Origin: Pocillopora damicornis
Lineage: Eukaryota
Length of the DNA stretch: 64,000 nucleotides
Direction of reading: 5' to 3'
NCBI RefSeq assembly: GCF_003704095.1
Contig: NW_020846178.1
Coordinates: forward strand, 310,001 to 374,000
The notes under the pieces are model-generated. The model made no database searches. It had not been told where the DNA came from and saw only the letters and a list, made by a program, of their open reading frames with translations. The position numbers were made by a program, and so were the translations under genes. Shown here piece by piece: positions 51,101 through 63,439 of this stretch. Each line of letters begins with the position of its first letter. Positions within the stretch are counted from its first letter, which is position 1.

Positions 51101-53677
51101 TCATGCTCCAGCGACTTTGGGACAACAAATCACAGTCAGTGTCTACATCTTAGTGAGTAACTTGTTTCTATATTAGAATCCCTGAAAAACTCATTTGCAC
51201 GAGTTAAAAATGAATGTTCTAATCCCGCATCATAAAACAGTACTCCATTCACTGTATATAGATGTTACCAGTACAGTCAAACCTTGATTGTCCACACCTT
51301 GATTATCCGGATTTCTCAATTATTCAGACTTTTTCTCTGATCCCAGTTTTGTCATGAATATTTAGAAGTCATGATCAAGATTTGTAACCATATTTTTCAA
51401 AACTAGAGCATTAAAAAGTGAAATAAAGGCATGTTTGTTTCACTTTCAAAAAGCAAAAGCATGTGTCGTAACTAATGAAGAACATTTGAATGAGGTCTGA
51501 TTGGCTTAGACTTGCTTTGTTGCTAAGTGAGATTTCACACTCTATTGGCTCGTTCAGTGTGGTATGCAAGATAAACAAGCTACACAGCATCACAAACGTT
51601 TATTCACGATCATCATGTCCTTGATTTGTAAATGTTTCGTCTCACAATTAAATGTTACTTTCTCAATTTCATCAGTTTTTGTTCCTCATTAATGTTCATG
51701 TTCTTGATTATCCAGACCCTCGATTATCCAGACAGTATTTCATCTAGTCCTAACTAGTCTGGATAATCAAGGTTTGACTGTAGTTTAAAATGAGTAACTT
51801 TCATCTACATTATCTACATTATCTACTTTCTCTAGAAAATATAATTCTGCTTACCATCTGACAGGTTTGCTGTAGTACCACCTGTACATCCACAGTGACT
51901 TGCTGTCAACTTTGTGGTTAATTGATCTATACTATAAAAAGACATGGAAAGGATTTGGATTTGCATGTACATAGAAATACATAATAAGGGTTATTTATCA
52001 TGCCACTCATACAGTGACGTGTGTGTTATTTAAACCTTTAACTCCCTGATCAAATTTTTAATTCTTCTTATTGTCAACCATAAAATCATAATTCTTATAA
52101 TGTTACTTCAGATAATTTAGCATTGGATTGACTAATTATTCCCAAATTGATATTTTTCTTTATTCTCATCACTTATCTGGTTAATATTGGATTGAATTCT
52201 ATGGAGAAATTCTGTCCTAATCACCTTTGGGAGTTGAAGGGTTAAAACTGTTATGAAAAAACTCCCTGTATAACTGCTGTACTCAACAAAAGCCCTATTG
52301 CCTCACATATGACCCACAGATCCACAATGCAAAAAGAAAGGAAGAAAGAGAAACAGAGGCTGCCATATAACAGAAAGCTTATTGGCTGAGTACTGTTGAG
52401 CTGGATGGAAAAATATTTTGCCCTCAGTCTTCAGGGATGTACATCTCTGTGCTTGGTATATACAGTACATCATATCGTCACAAGCCAAATAATTCTCATC
52501 TGCCCCTTCAATAACTACACAGTTAAGATCCCAGAATGTTAATGACAAGAGGTTTAATGGAGAAATCTGAAGGACACCATTGAACAGTTAAGACAGAGCT
52601 GCTTTTTTATGATTTATAGCACAAATTTCTCCTTTTTTACAAATAAAGGAATAAATTTAAAACCAGTTCACAGCTAATGCTCACCCCTAGCAAAACCCTA
52701 AATCTCACCTTCTTGGTTGAAAGAAAGATGTTCTCCACATCTCTGGAAAACAACCCAGTACAAAGGCATGATATTTGATAGAGGATCCTACAAGGTGGTT
52801 TTCTCTCTAATTGTTTCTTGAGGGAGGGGGAGAAAGGGGCAAATTTTGTTTTATCATTTGACCACTACAAGAGTTATGCCTTCCTTGACCTTAACAGTAT
52901 AAAATACATGAAGAGGTGAGGGATATGGAGAAGTTAATCACTATCCCCATCCACTACTTCCTAGTAATTTTTGTTGTTGCTCCAGGCCTCTCCCTTCTGG
53001 ACTACGAAAATTCTTCTTATTTCACTACAACTGGCCAAACCAAAATTAGGAAACACAATGACAATGAACTAACAAAAAAATTGGAGATGGCCTCATTACC
53101 TGTGCTGCATCTTCTACAAACACAGCTGCCTGGTTAATTGCATGTCCTGATATATCTAAAGAAAGATGAACAATATAAATACAAACAATTTTCAACCCAA
53201 ATTTCGGCTTAAAAGTACAATCTAATGCAAAATAAATCATGCACTCCTTTAATTTTTATTAAATTGAACACTGGGCTAACAATCAGCGAAAGGATAGCGT
53301 CGATGGCATGCGGAATTAAGGGATTATACATAACCCCTTCAAATGAGTTTTGACTCGTTGTTGGACAAATATATATATTACAAGACCTTTAGGAAACCAT
53401 CATCATAGAAAGGACTAATATGTAGTATTTTAGGCTTTTAAAGTCGATTTTTGACTTAAATGCATTCAAGATAGCATTCTTGGAGTCAAATCGTCAATGT
53501 TGCAAATTAAGAATCGCCAGTGCTAATCGATAATATGAGACAAAGCACTTCTGTTCCCAATCTATCGAGGTTTGATTTTCCACAATTATGAGTAAAAACT
53601 CGCAGAATGATCACAAATACTTTACCATCGTCATTAATTAAAAAACTTTGGATATTCTGCACCTCCATTTGTTCCAT
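36126..53677 (-). CDS. TPCN2: Two-pore channel 2 (endolysosomal PI(3,5)P2/NAADP-regulated cation channel); 29 coding exons, about 809 aa
   Basis: Minus-strand phase-consistent exons 5'->3': 53677-53626, 53155-53100, 51931-51855, 50195-50130, 49616-49505, 48849-48733, 48465-48397, 47553-47516, 47437-47371, 47102-47076, 46934-46802, 46154-46089, 45319-45255, 44837-44740, 44480-44399, 43260-43051, 42300-42244, 41859-41818, 41321-41274, 40684-40646, 40228-40182, 39929-39812, 39502-39431, 39114-39029, 38745-38676, 38252-38170, 37969-37888, 37452-37384, 36407-36126 (TAG). TPC2-type motifs: QAAVFVEDAAQYRSINHKVD, RPFFLIQNSSLMKK, pore I LLTTANNPDVMMPAY, YNQFRGYL..SLQASFFRRR, CGSFDQLQYYANNFDDF, pore II LMVVNNW, INLFIALILE. 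The start codon is the least certain element (in-frame upstream ATG at 53827). Confidence 0.95.
38300..38400 (-). mobile_element. Penelope-like terminal fragment with a decayed hammerhead-ribozyme core; related fragment at about 45380-45480
   Basis: Minus strand reads CTGACGA-agggctaacgctc-AGAAC-gtcagc, a CUGANGA...GAAAC core with the GAAA mutated. The ggggtaagtt...taattt motif is shared with 45383-45445. Confidence 0.5.
40838..40919. mobile_element. Short hairpin MITE remnant
   Basis: Perfect 16-bp inverted repeat TACTTATTGACTGAGT (40838-40853) / ACTCAGTCAATAAGTA (40904-40919). Confidence 0.7.
42603..42747. mobile_element. Fold-back MITE-like element with about 70-bp imperfect arms and a 3-nt loop, in a TPCN2 intron
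   Basis: Left arm atgatttctggtg...aaattgcacaagccc pairs with right arm ggactcgtgtaattt...cacttgaaatcat. Confidence 0.8.
43436..43912. mobile_element. Composite MITE made of two adjacent inverted-repeat modules
   Basis: TGGTAATTGAAC...GTTCAATTACCA (about 43440-43532), then TTTGTTACATCCATTTTGAAATC (43534) ... GATTTCAAAATGGGTGCAATAAA (to 43912). Confidence 0.65.
44066..44278. mobile_element. About 200-bp MITE family with TTAACCCT...AGGGTTAA-like ends (piggyBac-like); related copies at about 37720-37848, 38900-39002, 40460-40606 and 52030-52246
   Basis: Shared internal sequence (gcatct.atttctccttacaa...tcctgaatca.acac/ttaagg) between 37735 and 44095. The 40460 and 52030 copies retain ttaaccct/aagg(g)ttaa-like termini. 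Confidence 0.6.
51274..51780. mobile_element. Tc1/mariner (pogo/Tigger-like) MITE in a TPCN2 intron
   Basis: 20-bp TIRs CAGTCAAACCTTGATTGTCC ... GGATAATCAAGGTTTGACTG (1 mismatch) with TA target duplication on both sides. Confidence 0.88.
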
Positions 53678-53735
53678 TACACGATCGAATGAAATTGTAT
53701 TCGTCGCAGTCCCGAAAGCTTCGACCTTGGGAAAA

Positions 53736-53845
53736 CAAAACACGGGGTGGGGGACTACTGCTGACCATTTGCGGTGTTTACCGTCATAATCAAGCAAAAC
53801 ACGGAGTGGGGGACTACTGCTGACCATTTGCAGTGTTTTCCGTCA
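53736..53845. repeat. Tandem duplication (59-bp period, about 51 bp near-identical) just upstream of the TPCN2 start
   Basis: caaaacacgg(g/a)gtgggggactactgctgaccatttgc(g/a)gtgttt(a/t)ccgtca occurs at 53736 and 53795. Confidence 0.9.
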
Positions 53846-55162
53846 ATCAGGGATGCTGGGTTAAGGAACTTTTAGATCGGGACCAGCAAAGCTTTTCACA
53901 GAATCAAGGATAAGACTGATAATAGATAATAAATAAGATAATAAATGTATGTTTTTATTTACATGGCATGTGTTAAGTTCGTGTACAATATTTGGAGCTG
54001 ATGCTGGTTGGTCAAGCAAGAGGTGATAACCATTTGAAATGCCAATTATTACTGAGACATTGGCCTTTCTACCTCAAAACACATGCCCTGAACGTAACAA
54101 CAAATCCGGATGGGATTTTGGGGGGTCACTTTGAATAAACAAATAAATTATAGAAAAACGAAGTGTAAATGTTTTTGGGAAGGAATGTTCCAGTTCCGTA
54201 GTTTGAGAACCTTTCGACCACTCGTCAATCCAAGTCTCGGATGTCTTCTTATTACTATCTATCGAAATTTTCCTTTAAAACTTGCAAAAAACGAACATTC
54301 ATCCGTCTTCTCCAAATGTTTAGGGGCTAATGTCTGGTAAAATCCTCAAGAAAGAACGAGGAACGGGCGTTGTTTTCCGTGATCAAAGTCCTCACGGCGT
54401 CAGCTAGACTAAATGGAGGTGTTAAGAGAAGATCGACTCCTTTGAAATGCCCGGCGGTCACGGAAAGATGTCACTGAGGGCCCACCTCAATGTATTCTAT
54501 TTGATCTGTAGTTCTTGGCCCATATCAGTGTCGCACCCCGGATTGAGGGTTCCACTTTCCAAAGGGGCTTAGAGGGAAATTCTTAAAAATCTCCTGCTTC
54601 TTGTTTGAACGTCTAGATTATTTTATATATTGGACTCTTTTGCCCTTTTAACCTCCTAATAATAACTATAACTGTATTCTAAACGCGTACTATATTACTC
54701 CACCAGAAAGAATTCCAAGCAAAAATTATTTACAGTCATTTCACAAGATATATATAATACACCACATCTTAGAAACCTACACGATTTTCAAGATTTTTGT
54801 ACATAAATTTCGTATGGATAGCTGATCTGTCAGTATGAGATGATTCAAAACACTTACCCTATTGATATAGGGGCTAAATTCCTTGAGCGAGGTTAGATAA
54901 ACTTATTGCAAAGTCATTGTCTTTTTCACATAGTGAACCCATATTCAACGTGCAGTTAAGTTATTTAGAAAAACCAATACATCAATTATTCTTTTAGATG
55001 ACTTCTTTCTCAACAGCCGGTGAATGTATTCCATCCTCGTCTCTCTTTTTCTCTATGTAGGTTTCCCACACCATCATATAAATACATCGTGCGAGAACTA
55101 CTAAGATCGGCCTTGATCTTTAGGACAGGAACTGTTTGGAAGCCAATTATAATCTCCTCGGC

Positions 55163-58100
55163 TCATCTATGTGTTTCAAGCTTGTGCAAGCTGTAAGGCT
55201 GAGATGTGCAGAGGTTGTTATTTTGTCGGAGATGTTCCAGTCTTGCTAGGTTTTGCTGTTTGTAAACGGCGTTTCTTTTCTTGAGACTGAGTCGGTAAAA
55301 GGTGAAAGCAAAACGAAACAAAAGTTTGTCAAACTATACATTTAGAAAATTTCTCCAGTGGAGCTACATTTTATTACGATAGAGTGCGAACTCTTTCGTT
55401 TGGAAAAGTAGGTAAGGGGGACCTGCACTAGAAATATAACCTGTGTAGGAGAGGAACTGTGGGGGTTTCCGCGTATGAGAATTGTTAAAAATACCAGTCT
55501 TAACTATTCTAAACACGAAAACTGGCCTTTGAACCAATCGTCTAGACTGATACATCAAAACAATGGAGACACATATGGGTTTTAATAATGATAATCATTA
55601 AATAATCGTTTGATATATTTTGCTTTAGAATGTAGAGTGGAATATGGGAGTATCACTTATTTACTCAAGTTAAGCTTGGTCGGTTCTTACCATTTTAGGC
55701 ATGTGCCCGTCTGAGTTCCTTTACTTCTCATTTCAGGTCTTTCTCTTCCCTGTTTCTCCAGAGAAACTTTACGTAATCTATTTAGCTCTGTCAGCAACGC
55801 CCTAAAAATTTAAGAAATAAAATTTACTTTCATTTTTTCCCCCAGCCTGTCAGCAAAACTTTTTTCAACTTTAAGGGTTTTACATTTGGTGTAACCAAGA
55901 TACGAGAGAGATGGTTCTTTGGTGAAGATAAAACTCACCATAAGGTAAATTAAGATTTATTAGGAAGCACACTCACACAACTATTTATTTCTACACTCTC
56001 GGTTACAAATGCTCTAGTTATCTAAAAACAAGCACCAAATTGATTTTAGTCCTAATGATGTAAAAAATAATGCAAAGTTTTGAATAACAATGGAAGAAAT
56101 GAAGACAAACGAACAATTTGAACCTAATCAGACATATTTTTTGGGTGACCAGAAATAACCGTGATCTAAACAGTGGTCTGAATTCAATTGTACGAAAACT
56201 TCAATTTGCACCTATACTTTAGGTGGCAACTCTTATTGTGCATTCTATCTTCATCAAGGACCTTAATTCACGAATGTAAAATTTTCTTTTTGTCTTGTTT
56301 TTACAGAGGAGCTTAGCTTGGTTGTTAAAATTTTAGTCTTTTCAACAGGTATATTAATAGATATCAGGCAAATAAAAGACGAAGAGGATAATTATCTTTC
56401 TTTCATTCAATCTCCTTGCCTTTCATAATTACAATATCCTTAATGAACTTGTGCGAGCCAAAGCAAAGTCATAAGCATACGGTTTGTGAGTTCTTTATTA
56501 ACTAATCCTTGTCTTTGTTCTCCCTCCTTAATTAATGATTTAAATTTCTGATAACCACTTTGTGTTTTCTTTGTAGAAGAAAAACATTGTTTCAGACTTA
56601 ATTATGATCTACTCTGACTGAGATAATTTGTATGATTATTGAAGGCTTCTTCTATGTTACCTTACGGTCGATTCAAGGGAGTCTACTTTTTGTCGAAGTA
56701 TGCTGTTTTCTGAGTTGCACGTCTCCACCCTGAAAAAGAATGGCACGTACCAAACTAAATCAAAATGAAAGTTCGGAGAGCATCGCTTTACGATAATATC
56801 CTTAGAGCAATTCTGTGACACTTGAACGTCTTAAATAAACTTTTAGCCGGCGCAAGGGTGAAAACAGACAAAAGCAGGCCAAGAAAAAGTTACTTACAAA
56901 GTAAATAAAGCGAATCCTTAGCGTGCAAGACTGCCTACTTATATTTGTTTCAGTAATAATCCCAGTTTGCATTAAATTAATCAACAATGGTCACATCGCA
57001 TGGCCATACTTAAACATACTATTTTCCCCCAAAAGTGTCACCACTGACTGCTTTTTTAAGGGCTAAGTGGCTAAGGATCACAGTAACTTTATTGGTAGTT
57101 TTTATTTGTTACTATGCAACTTACCTTTTCTCCAAACCTTCGACGTACTCTTTTTTCTTTCGCCTGCTTTCTTGTGCAGAGAGCTTGGGAAAAAAAAAAA
57201 CATACCATCTCTAATTTTAGTTTATTTTATTTTACAACCGCTCCTCAACTTATTATCGTGTTTAAGCTGTGGATGTGCTAGAACTCGCATACGTGTTCGA
57301 CACGTACCGACCGGAGTAGAATATTCAGGACAACTGACAAAAAACTGATACGAATTGGGAAGCAAGAATAAATCCTTACCTTGTTTTTAATCTTACGCCG
57401 AATCCTTTTGAGGGCCCTCTCTTCTGCCTAGAAATAAAATATTGCTGCCTTTAGTAGTCGTTTCGTTCTAGGTACTAACCAACAAAAGATAATTTCTAAC
57501 GGTTACTAAGACCGCGTCATCGACTAGCAAGAGGACGCCGGTTATATGTATCATTTCTGTCATGCAAAATGCAGGATTTCAAGGTTCACTTCCCACTGCT
57601 ACCTTAGGGCTATTATCCGGTCTCCAGACGAGAGTTCAGTAGCCATATTAATACTATAAATATACCTTTGTCAATGGTATCCTGCTTGGTACCGGAAGTC
57701 CTTCAGAAACGAAAGTTTCTTTTTCCTCATCTGTGAGTTTTACTTTATCATCGCAGCCTTTCTCAGTGAAAATGACGTCCTTCTCAACCTAGGAAAAAAA
57801 AAATCAATATTCGGTAACAACAATCAATATTTCATTTTATGATTCACGTCACTCCAAAGTAAATAGGAATGAAGACAGCAGCAGCTGAGTAATTTTAATC
57901 ACATTTTGTCGTCCACACCTGATCGCATTCGTCATCATTGAGTGAATAACCTTGTTCTCCACTGACATCAATGTCGCTGCTGTCTGAGTGCTCTTGTTCT
58001 TCAAAGATATCTTCTGGGTAAGATGCGACTTCTATCTCTTTCTGAGAAGAAAGTAAAAGCGTTAGCTAGTATAGCCACATGATGATAAATTTAATATATT

Positions 58101-60110
58101 TGGGTGTACACTTAAAATAGGCTTCTTTCTGTTCTGGTTCGAAAGGCAATGCACTGCTTGAGGTCGCGAAGGACCTTAGACCAGAAAGGATTCTGCATCT
58201 TACACCCTCGTCAGTTCGAACGTGGTTAGCAACCTCACAGCTGACAAAGCTAACGTTTATGCTATACTGTTTCTGACTATGTTTCTTGCGACAAAAGCAA
58301 AAAAAAAAATTTGCATAGAAAACGTTCACACCTTTTCTAGCAGAGAAGAGATCTTGAAAAGAAGTTTTCTGTCTTGCGAACGGTCCTTTGGAGAACTTTT
58401 CAGGCTGAAAGCATGACAGCCTTTCGATGAATTTGCATTCTAAAGGAACGGAAAAAAGGAATATCAAATGTGACGAAGCCTTTTGTTATGAAAAAAGCAA
58501 TTTCATGGACCAAAGAACAACGACAATGAATAGGAAAGAACTGAACTCGATGGAAAGAAATCCTCGTAAAGCAAAAACAATCCAGACTGGCCCTTAATAA
58601 AACTCGTTCTCTCTAAAAACCCACTTATCATGACGCGTTAACATACGCTGAATGCCACACCTTTCTAGCTAATATCCTTATTCACAGTACATCGTAAAAG
58701 GATCTGAGCACATCGTTGAACTAAATTGATTTCGAAGGATATCATGAAACAACGTTTGATTATGAGACCAAATAATCATGAGACAAACCCTGATCACATA
58801 GCAATAGATTTTTTTATGTTTTTTCGTACGTATACTCATACTCGAACCACAGAATCTCCTTCACAGCTCTCTGAAAAGCTCTTTTTCTTTGGAATTCGGT
58901 TTTATCTGACCTCATCGCTTTCAAAACCTGGGATAAATGTATTTAAAATTTGCCCCGTATTTCTTCTTAAAGATCTCAGAGTAAATGAAAGCGGATTTTT
59001 GCTAAAAAATATTGCAAATATCAGAGCAAGAACAATATGGATTGATAGGAAATGTTGAATTAGGTGTGATCGGTGTAAAAATTTCATCCCGGACTCTATC
59101 CATCTATTTACAGTAAGGAGAACGGTGCTATGCTGAGTATGAAAAAGAACGGTCGAACCTCCTCTTTTGTCAACAACAGCCACTTTTGCATTGTTTTAGC
59201 GTGCAGTCCTTATTTTAACCTCTCCACATTAGCAACTAAGCCTTCACGTTTTCAAGAGGACAACCCTTTGCAGCTTTATTTCACCTAAGAGAAGAGAAAT
59301 CATCCTCCTGGAAAGGGCAAACGTTTCACACACCTTATTCACAGTACCTTAACTCGTTTTGTTTTGTTAGCAATTTTTTGCTAATAATAGATTTTTGGTT
59401 TCTTCCTTACTTACATATGATTTTGGATTGTATTTCTCAATCTTTTCCCTATATATAACTGCCAACCATCTACAACGGCCTTTTCCTGCCGAACTCAATG
59501 CGGCCGTAATGAAGATACTTGAATGCACTTGCAGATGATCGAACTTTGCGTGTTAAGATTCATTATCATATAACAAATAGAAAAACGAAAAGTAGAATTT
59601 CGCAATCTAAGTATCGAAGCAAAAAAAAAAAAAAAACCAAACGCGGCCAGAAATATTTTGTTACAACCTTTTTACGGATAAAAAACGCAGAGGTGATTCT
59701 TTCTTCCGAAGGGAATTTCATGCAAACCCATTTCCGATTGCAGCATCAAGACAAAAAAATTCTAAACAAAACCAAACCAAACTGAATCTTTTAAAGATAT
59801 ACCTCTCGACGTAGACAAAGCAGCGTGTTATAAATTACGGCTGCGAGTTTGTCACCAAAACAAAGTATTTAAATCGAGAATCAAAAATTTAAAAATGAGC
59901 ACCACAGCTGAAAATTAAGAACAGACTTGGAAGGATGTCTATGAATTAATTAAGTAGTCCTTTTTTTTCGTATCAGTACCATCAAATAAATATCCCAATA
60001 TAATTTGCATAAACTTTCAGCTTTGTGCACTTGTAAAATTATCCTATACAACTCACCTTGAGAGAATGAACACCCGTAAATTCGTCGTAAGCTTGGTTAA
60101 ACGCCTCCAT
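55163..60110 (-). CDS. CREB3/OASIS-family (CREB3L/CrebA-like) bZIP transcription factor, about 236 aa, with no predicted transmembrane anchor
   Basis: Exons 60110-60057 (ATG with in-frame TAA upstream), 58041-57919, 57788-57666, 57427-57380, 57183-57125, 56729-56661, 55801-55691, 55286-55163 (TGA). Translation has an acidic N-terminus, the family adjacent-to-bZIP motif [40 protein letters not shown], basic region LSAQESRRKKKEYVEGLEKR, a leucine zipper and GTQTGTCL. The last exon choice is less certain than the bZIP exons. Confidence 0.88.
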
Positions 60111-63100
60111 CGCCTCGTCTTCGTCACGTAGCAGTTAGAAACTACAAATTGAAGTGCATACATAATTTTGTTTAAATTTCACGTACATCTTCTAGCGACG
60201 TAAAAAGTGACACATGAAAGAACACGATAAAGATGAATGACGCAAATAGAAATTTAAGGACAACTTGAAAAGTAAACTATGAATTCAAACAACGTAAAAT
60301 TGACTTCAGATTATCTTTTACAGAAAACAGTTATTTTGTAATGGATACTGATATTATTACTGAAAGCAACGTCGTTTCAATACCATTAAAATAGTATGAA
60401 AACTGACCATCTATCGTCGGGTCGCAATGCAGAGCAAAGCGTAATTATTTCGCGGTTAAAATCATAGCTTTTCATGGTGGTCCATAAAAATGCTATATTA
60501 ATGTTCAAGAATTGAAAGATACTTAATCATGCTGATTTTAAGCGTGATGCGAGTACAATTACTTTTACCCTTAATGAGTTTTTTCGTCTATGACGGATAC
60601 ATCTCAAATAGAAGTTGTTATGAAACTGGGACTTCCTTCATCACAACTGTTTTGGTAATTCTCATTTAAGAATATGGTGTAACATTTTGAACACGTAGCG
60701 GGCAGAACTTCTTCACTCGCATTATAAACAACATTATCGACCTTGAGTTGTCCCCTGGAAATATGCATATGGAATATGAAGCGAGTTTTTTTTTTAGGCA
60801 ATTAGAGTGCGAATGATGTACTCATCTTGAATCAGTAGAGGAAAGGTAATAAATCTTCCCTTTATAGGGCAGTTTCTCCTGCATCTCCTCCCATATTCAT
60901 TCCACATCAAAAATTTCAGCATAAGTGTTCCCTTTTAGCGGCGAACTCTTTCGTTTTGGCTTAAAAAGTGGACAAGTTGCTATGCAATCTTTATGTGAAA
61001 ATAACCTCGAGCGTTGGTACATTGCTTCAACTACGGTTGTGCAAAGCGAATCTCAATTTTTTCGAAATATATTTTGCCCGTAAGAAGTTAGTCTGCCTTA
61101 CCTCCGTTCAAAACAGAATCTGAATACTCTAGGTAATAAACCGAAAATTCTTCAGTCAACCAAGTTCTTCACACTTTACTGTAAACCTTTACTCTAAATC
61201 TGACTGTGTATAGGAGTGGCGTTTACAAGGTGTATGCAAATAAGGATAGAAGTCGAGTACATGTTAACCAAAAACACGTTGAATACCTTTTTACACGTGA
61301 ATAAGGTTTCTTATTTCCTCACTTCAGTCAAAGACAAATGCAAACGAATGTCCGGCGTATCGGTCATTAGAGGACGTTTCTATGGTGCAGTAAGATCTGC
61401 CTGGAAAAAACGTCATCTAGTCCACAGAAGAGGGCTAATTAGTGCAGTTAACTTTAGTCAAAATACGAACGACTTTTTTGCTGTTAAAACTTAACTGATT
61501 ATTTCTAGCAAGCTTGCTCACTTTTTTTCTAATACTTCGCTTTTATCAATAAATCTTAAGAAAAAAAGAAAGTTCTGTAGACAGCTTTTCATTAGGTACT
61601 TGTTAAGCACGAATTCAGTAACCGTCGTCATGTAGAAAGAATCTCCCGTGCACACGTTTGTGTTTTATTTAGCTACGTGCTTCGACGTGTTGCCACGAAC
61701 CAGAAGATATCGTGGTATTAATTAAAGATTAAAAAAAAAAAAAAGAGTTACTTTCGCCATAAGCTGAAGTTGTTTTCAAAATAAATCTGTAGCCATGACC
61801 CAAACAGTGCAAACGAGAAAAACTATAAATGAAGTAAATATATACAAAAAAACTACGTTTTAAAAATGTTGATGTCTCGTGTACAATTAGAAGAAACATA
61901 AACAATGCGCCTTTGCTTTATTTATACATATAGGTAGAAAAACCTTAAAATTCTGAACAAAGTTATATTTTAAATTAAATGAGAACGCGGTTCTTTTTCA
62001 AATTAAGAAAAGCAGTTGCGATAGTAGAAAGAATTACGTTGCAAAACTATGAGGTATTTGACGTTGCTTACTAAAATGGGCATTTGCTAATTTTTTTTTT
62101 TTTGTCTGCTGAAAAATCATACAACTCCCATGAAATCTCCCTCGATATCATCCAAACAGCGTTAGCAACTAGTAAACGTTCTGCTTATATCAGGATTTCT
62201 ATAATTAACATTTGGAGAATTTTCCTTTATTTTACTGACCAAAGCTAAATGGGTGATGTAATTACGAATGTCTCCCCTGTTTAATCCTGTAGAACTGCAG
62301 GGTTCCTACCCGATCCTGTTTAAACAGCTGTCTATAATAAAAGCCCAGTTTACAAAGCAAGAAACATATTCGCAAATTTACATCTCTTAGAAGGTAAAAC
62401 GTTCCGCCAGAAGACACAGGGTTCGTGTCATCTCCGGTCCACGACAAACAGCAAGCACATAATGCAGTAATTAATTTTCTCGACAGCACTCAAAGTTTCT
62501 ACATAAAGTTGCGAGCGCCGCTTTAGTCGCCGCTTTGAAGGGAGAACTATTCATTTTGAAAAGTGATTTTTGAACAGAATTTCCCGTGATCCTGTCCCTC
62601 GAATACCAATTGTTTTGTGAACTACCATACCCCAGAGAAAAAGAGAGCGAGACTATTTAAAGCTATCACGCGTGGACCTTAAGATGTAAATAATAGTTAA
62701 ATACATTTATTTTTCTGCTGATCTCAACATTTAAAAAGCTAATTTTTTTAAGCCAGAAATGAAAATCAATCTCCAATGAGACCGGACGGAAGTTATAGAG
62801 AAAATTCAGAGGTAAACTCTTCCGCAAATATCTCCAATTTCGACCACCTTGAATTTCGTCCATCGAATGAACGGAGCTTCCAAATGTTACAAAGCAACGC
62901 TTAGAAATAACTACATAACGATTTCTTTACTTTAGTGACAATTGGCAAGAAAACGGTGGATGGAAAAAAGCCGATTTTAATCTCATAAGTGAAACGCCAC
63001 TAAACCATACCTTATTAAGGCCAAGTTCATATTGGAATTGCTATAGAGTAATTAATTCCGATTCTTTTGCTATAAAATAAGCGACTAATTCAAGTAGGTC

Positions 63101-63139
63101 TCAACCATGAGAAGAAAAAGAGTAAATTGAAGATTTTAC

Positions 63140-63300
63140 CTAGCTTTAGCGAGGTCCACAGAGAACGCTGATGTACTTCCTTCCTCGTGATTTGCTTTGG
63201 TAATTTCCCACAAGTCGATCGAATGTCGAGAACAAACTCAAATCAAAATTTTCTTATTTACCTCTTGTCATGCAAATAGATCCCATTAGCGATGCTGGCC
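63140..63300 (-). other. Probable non-coding first exon of the CREB3-like gene
   Basis: Minus-strand donor (GCTAG|GTAAAA) at 63140/63139 next to a CpG-richer promoter-like patch. The ATG-containing exon starts at an acceptor at 60141, so an upstream UTR exon is required. The upper boundary is a guess. Confidence 0.4.
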
Positions 63301-63439
63301 ACCCGCGCTGGACCGGCTACGAGACAATGAAAGTTCAAGCAATAAGAAGGGGATATGGTTATTTATTCAACAGTTCCTTATTTTCTCAATTTCACGCCAC
63401 AGTTAACACGTTGTCGAGTCAGTTTGCGGACGGCAGGCG

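Noticed and set aside
57951-58041. Shorter version of the CREB3-like exon ending at AAG|GTTATT
   Set aside because: It leaves phase 1 and breaks the frame into the conserved next exon; the donor at 57919 restores phase 0.
58066-59785. ORFs of 64-133 aa inside the CREB3-like intron
   Set aside because: Low-complexity AT-rich translations with no motif or splice support.
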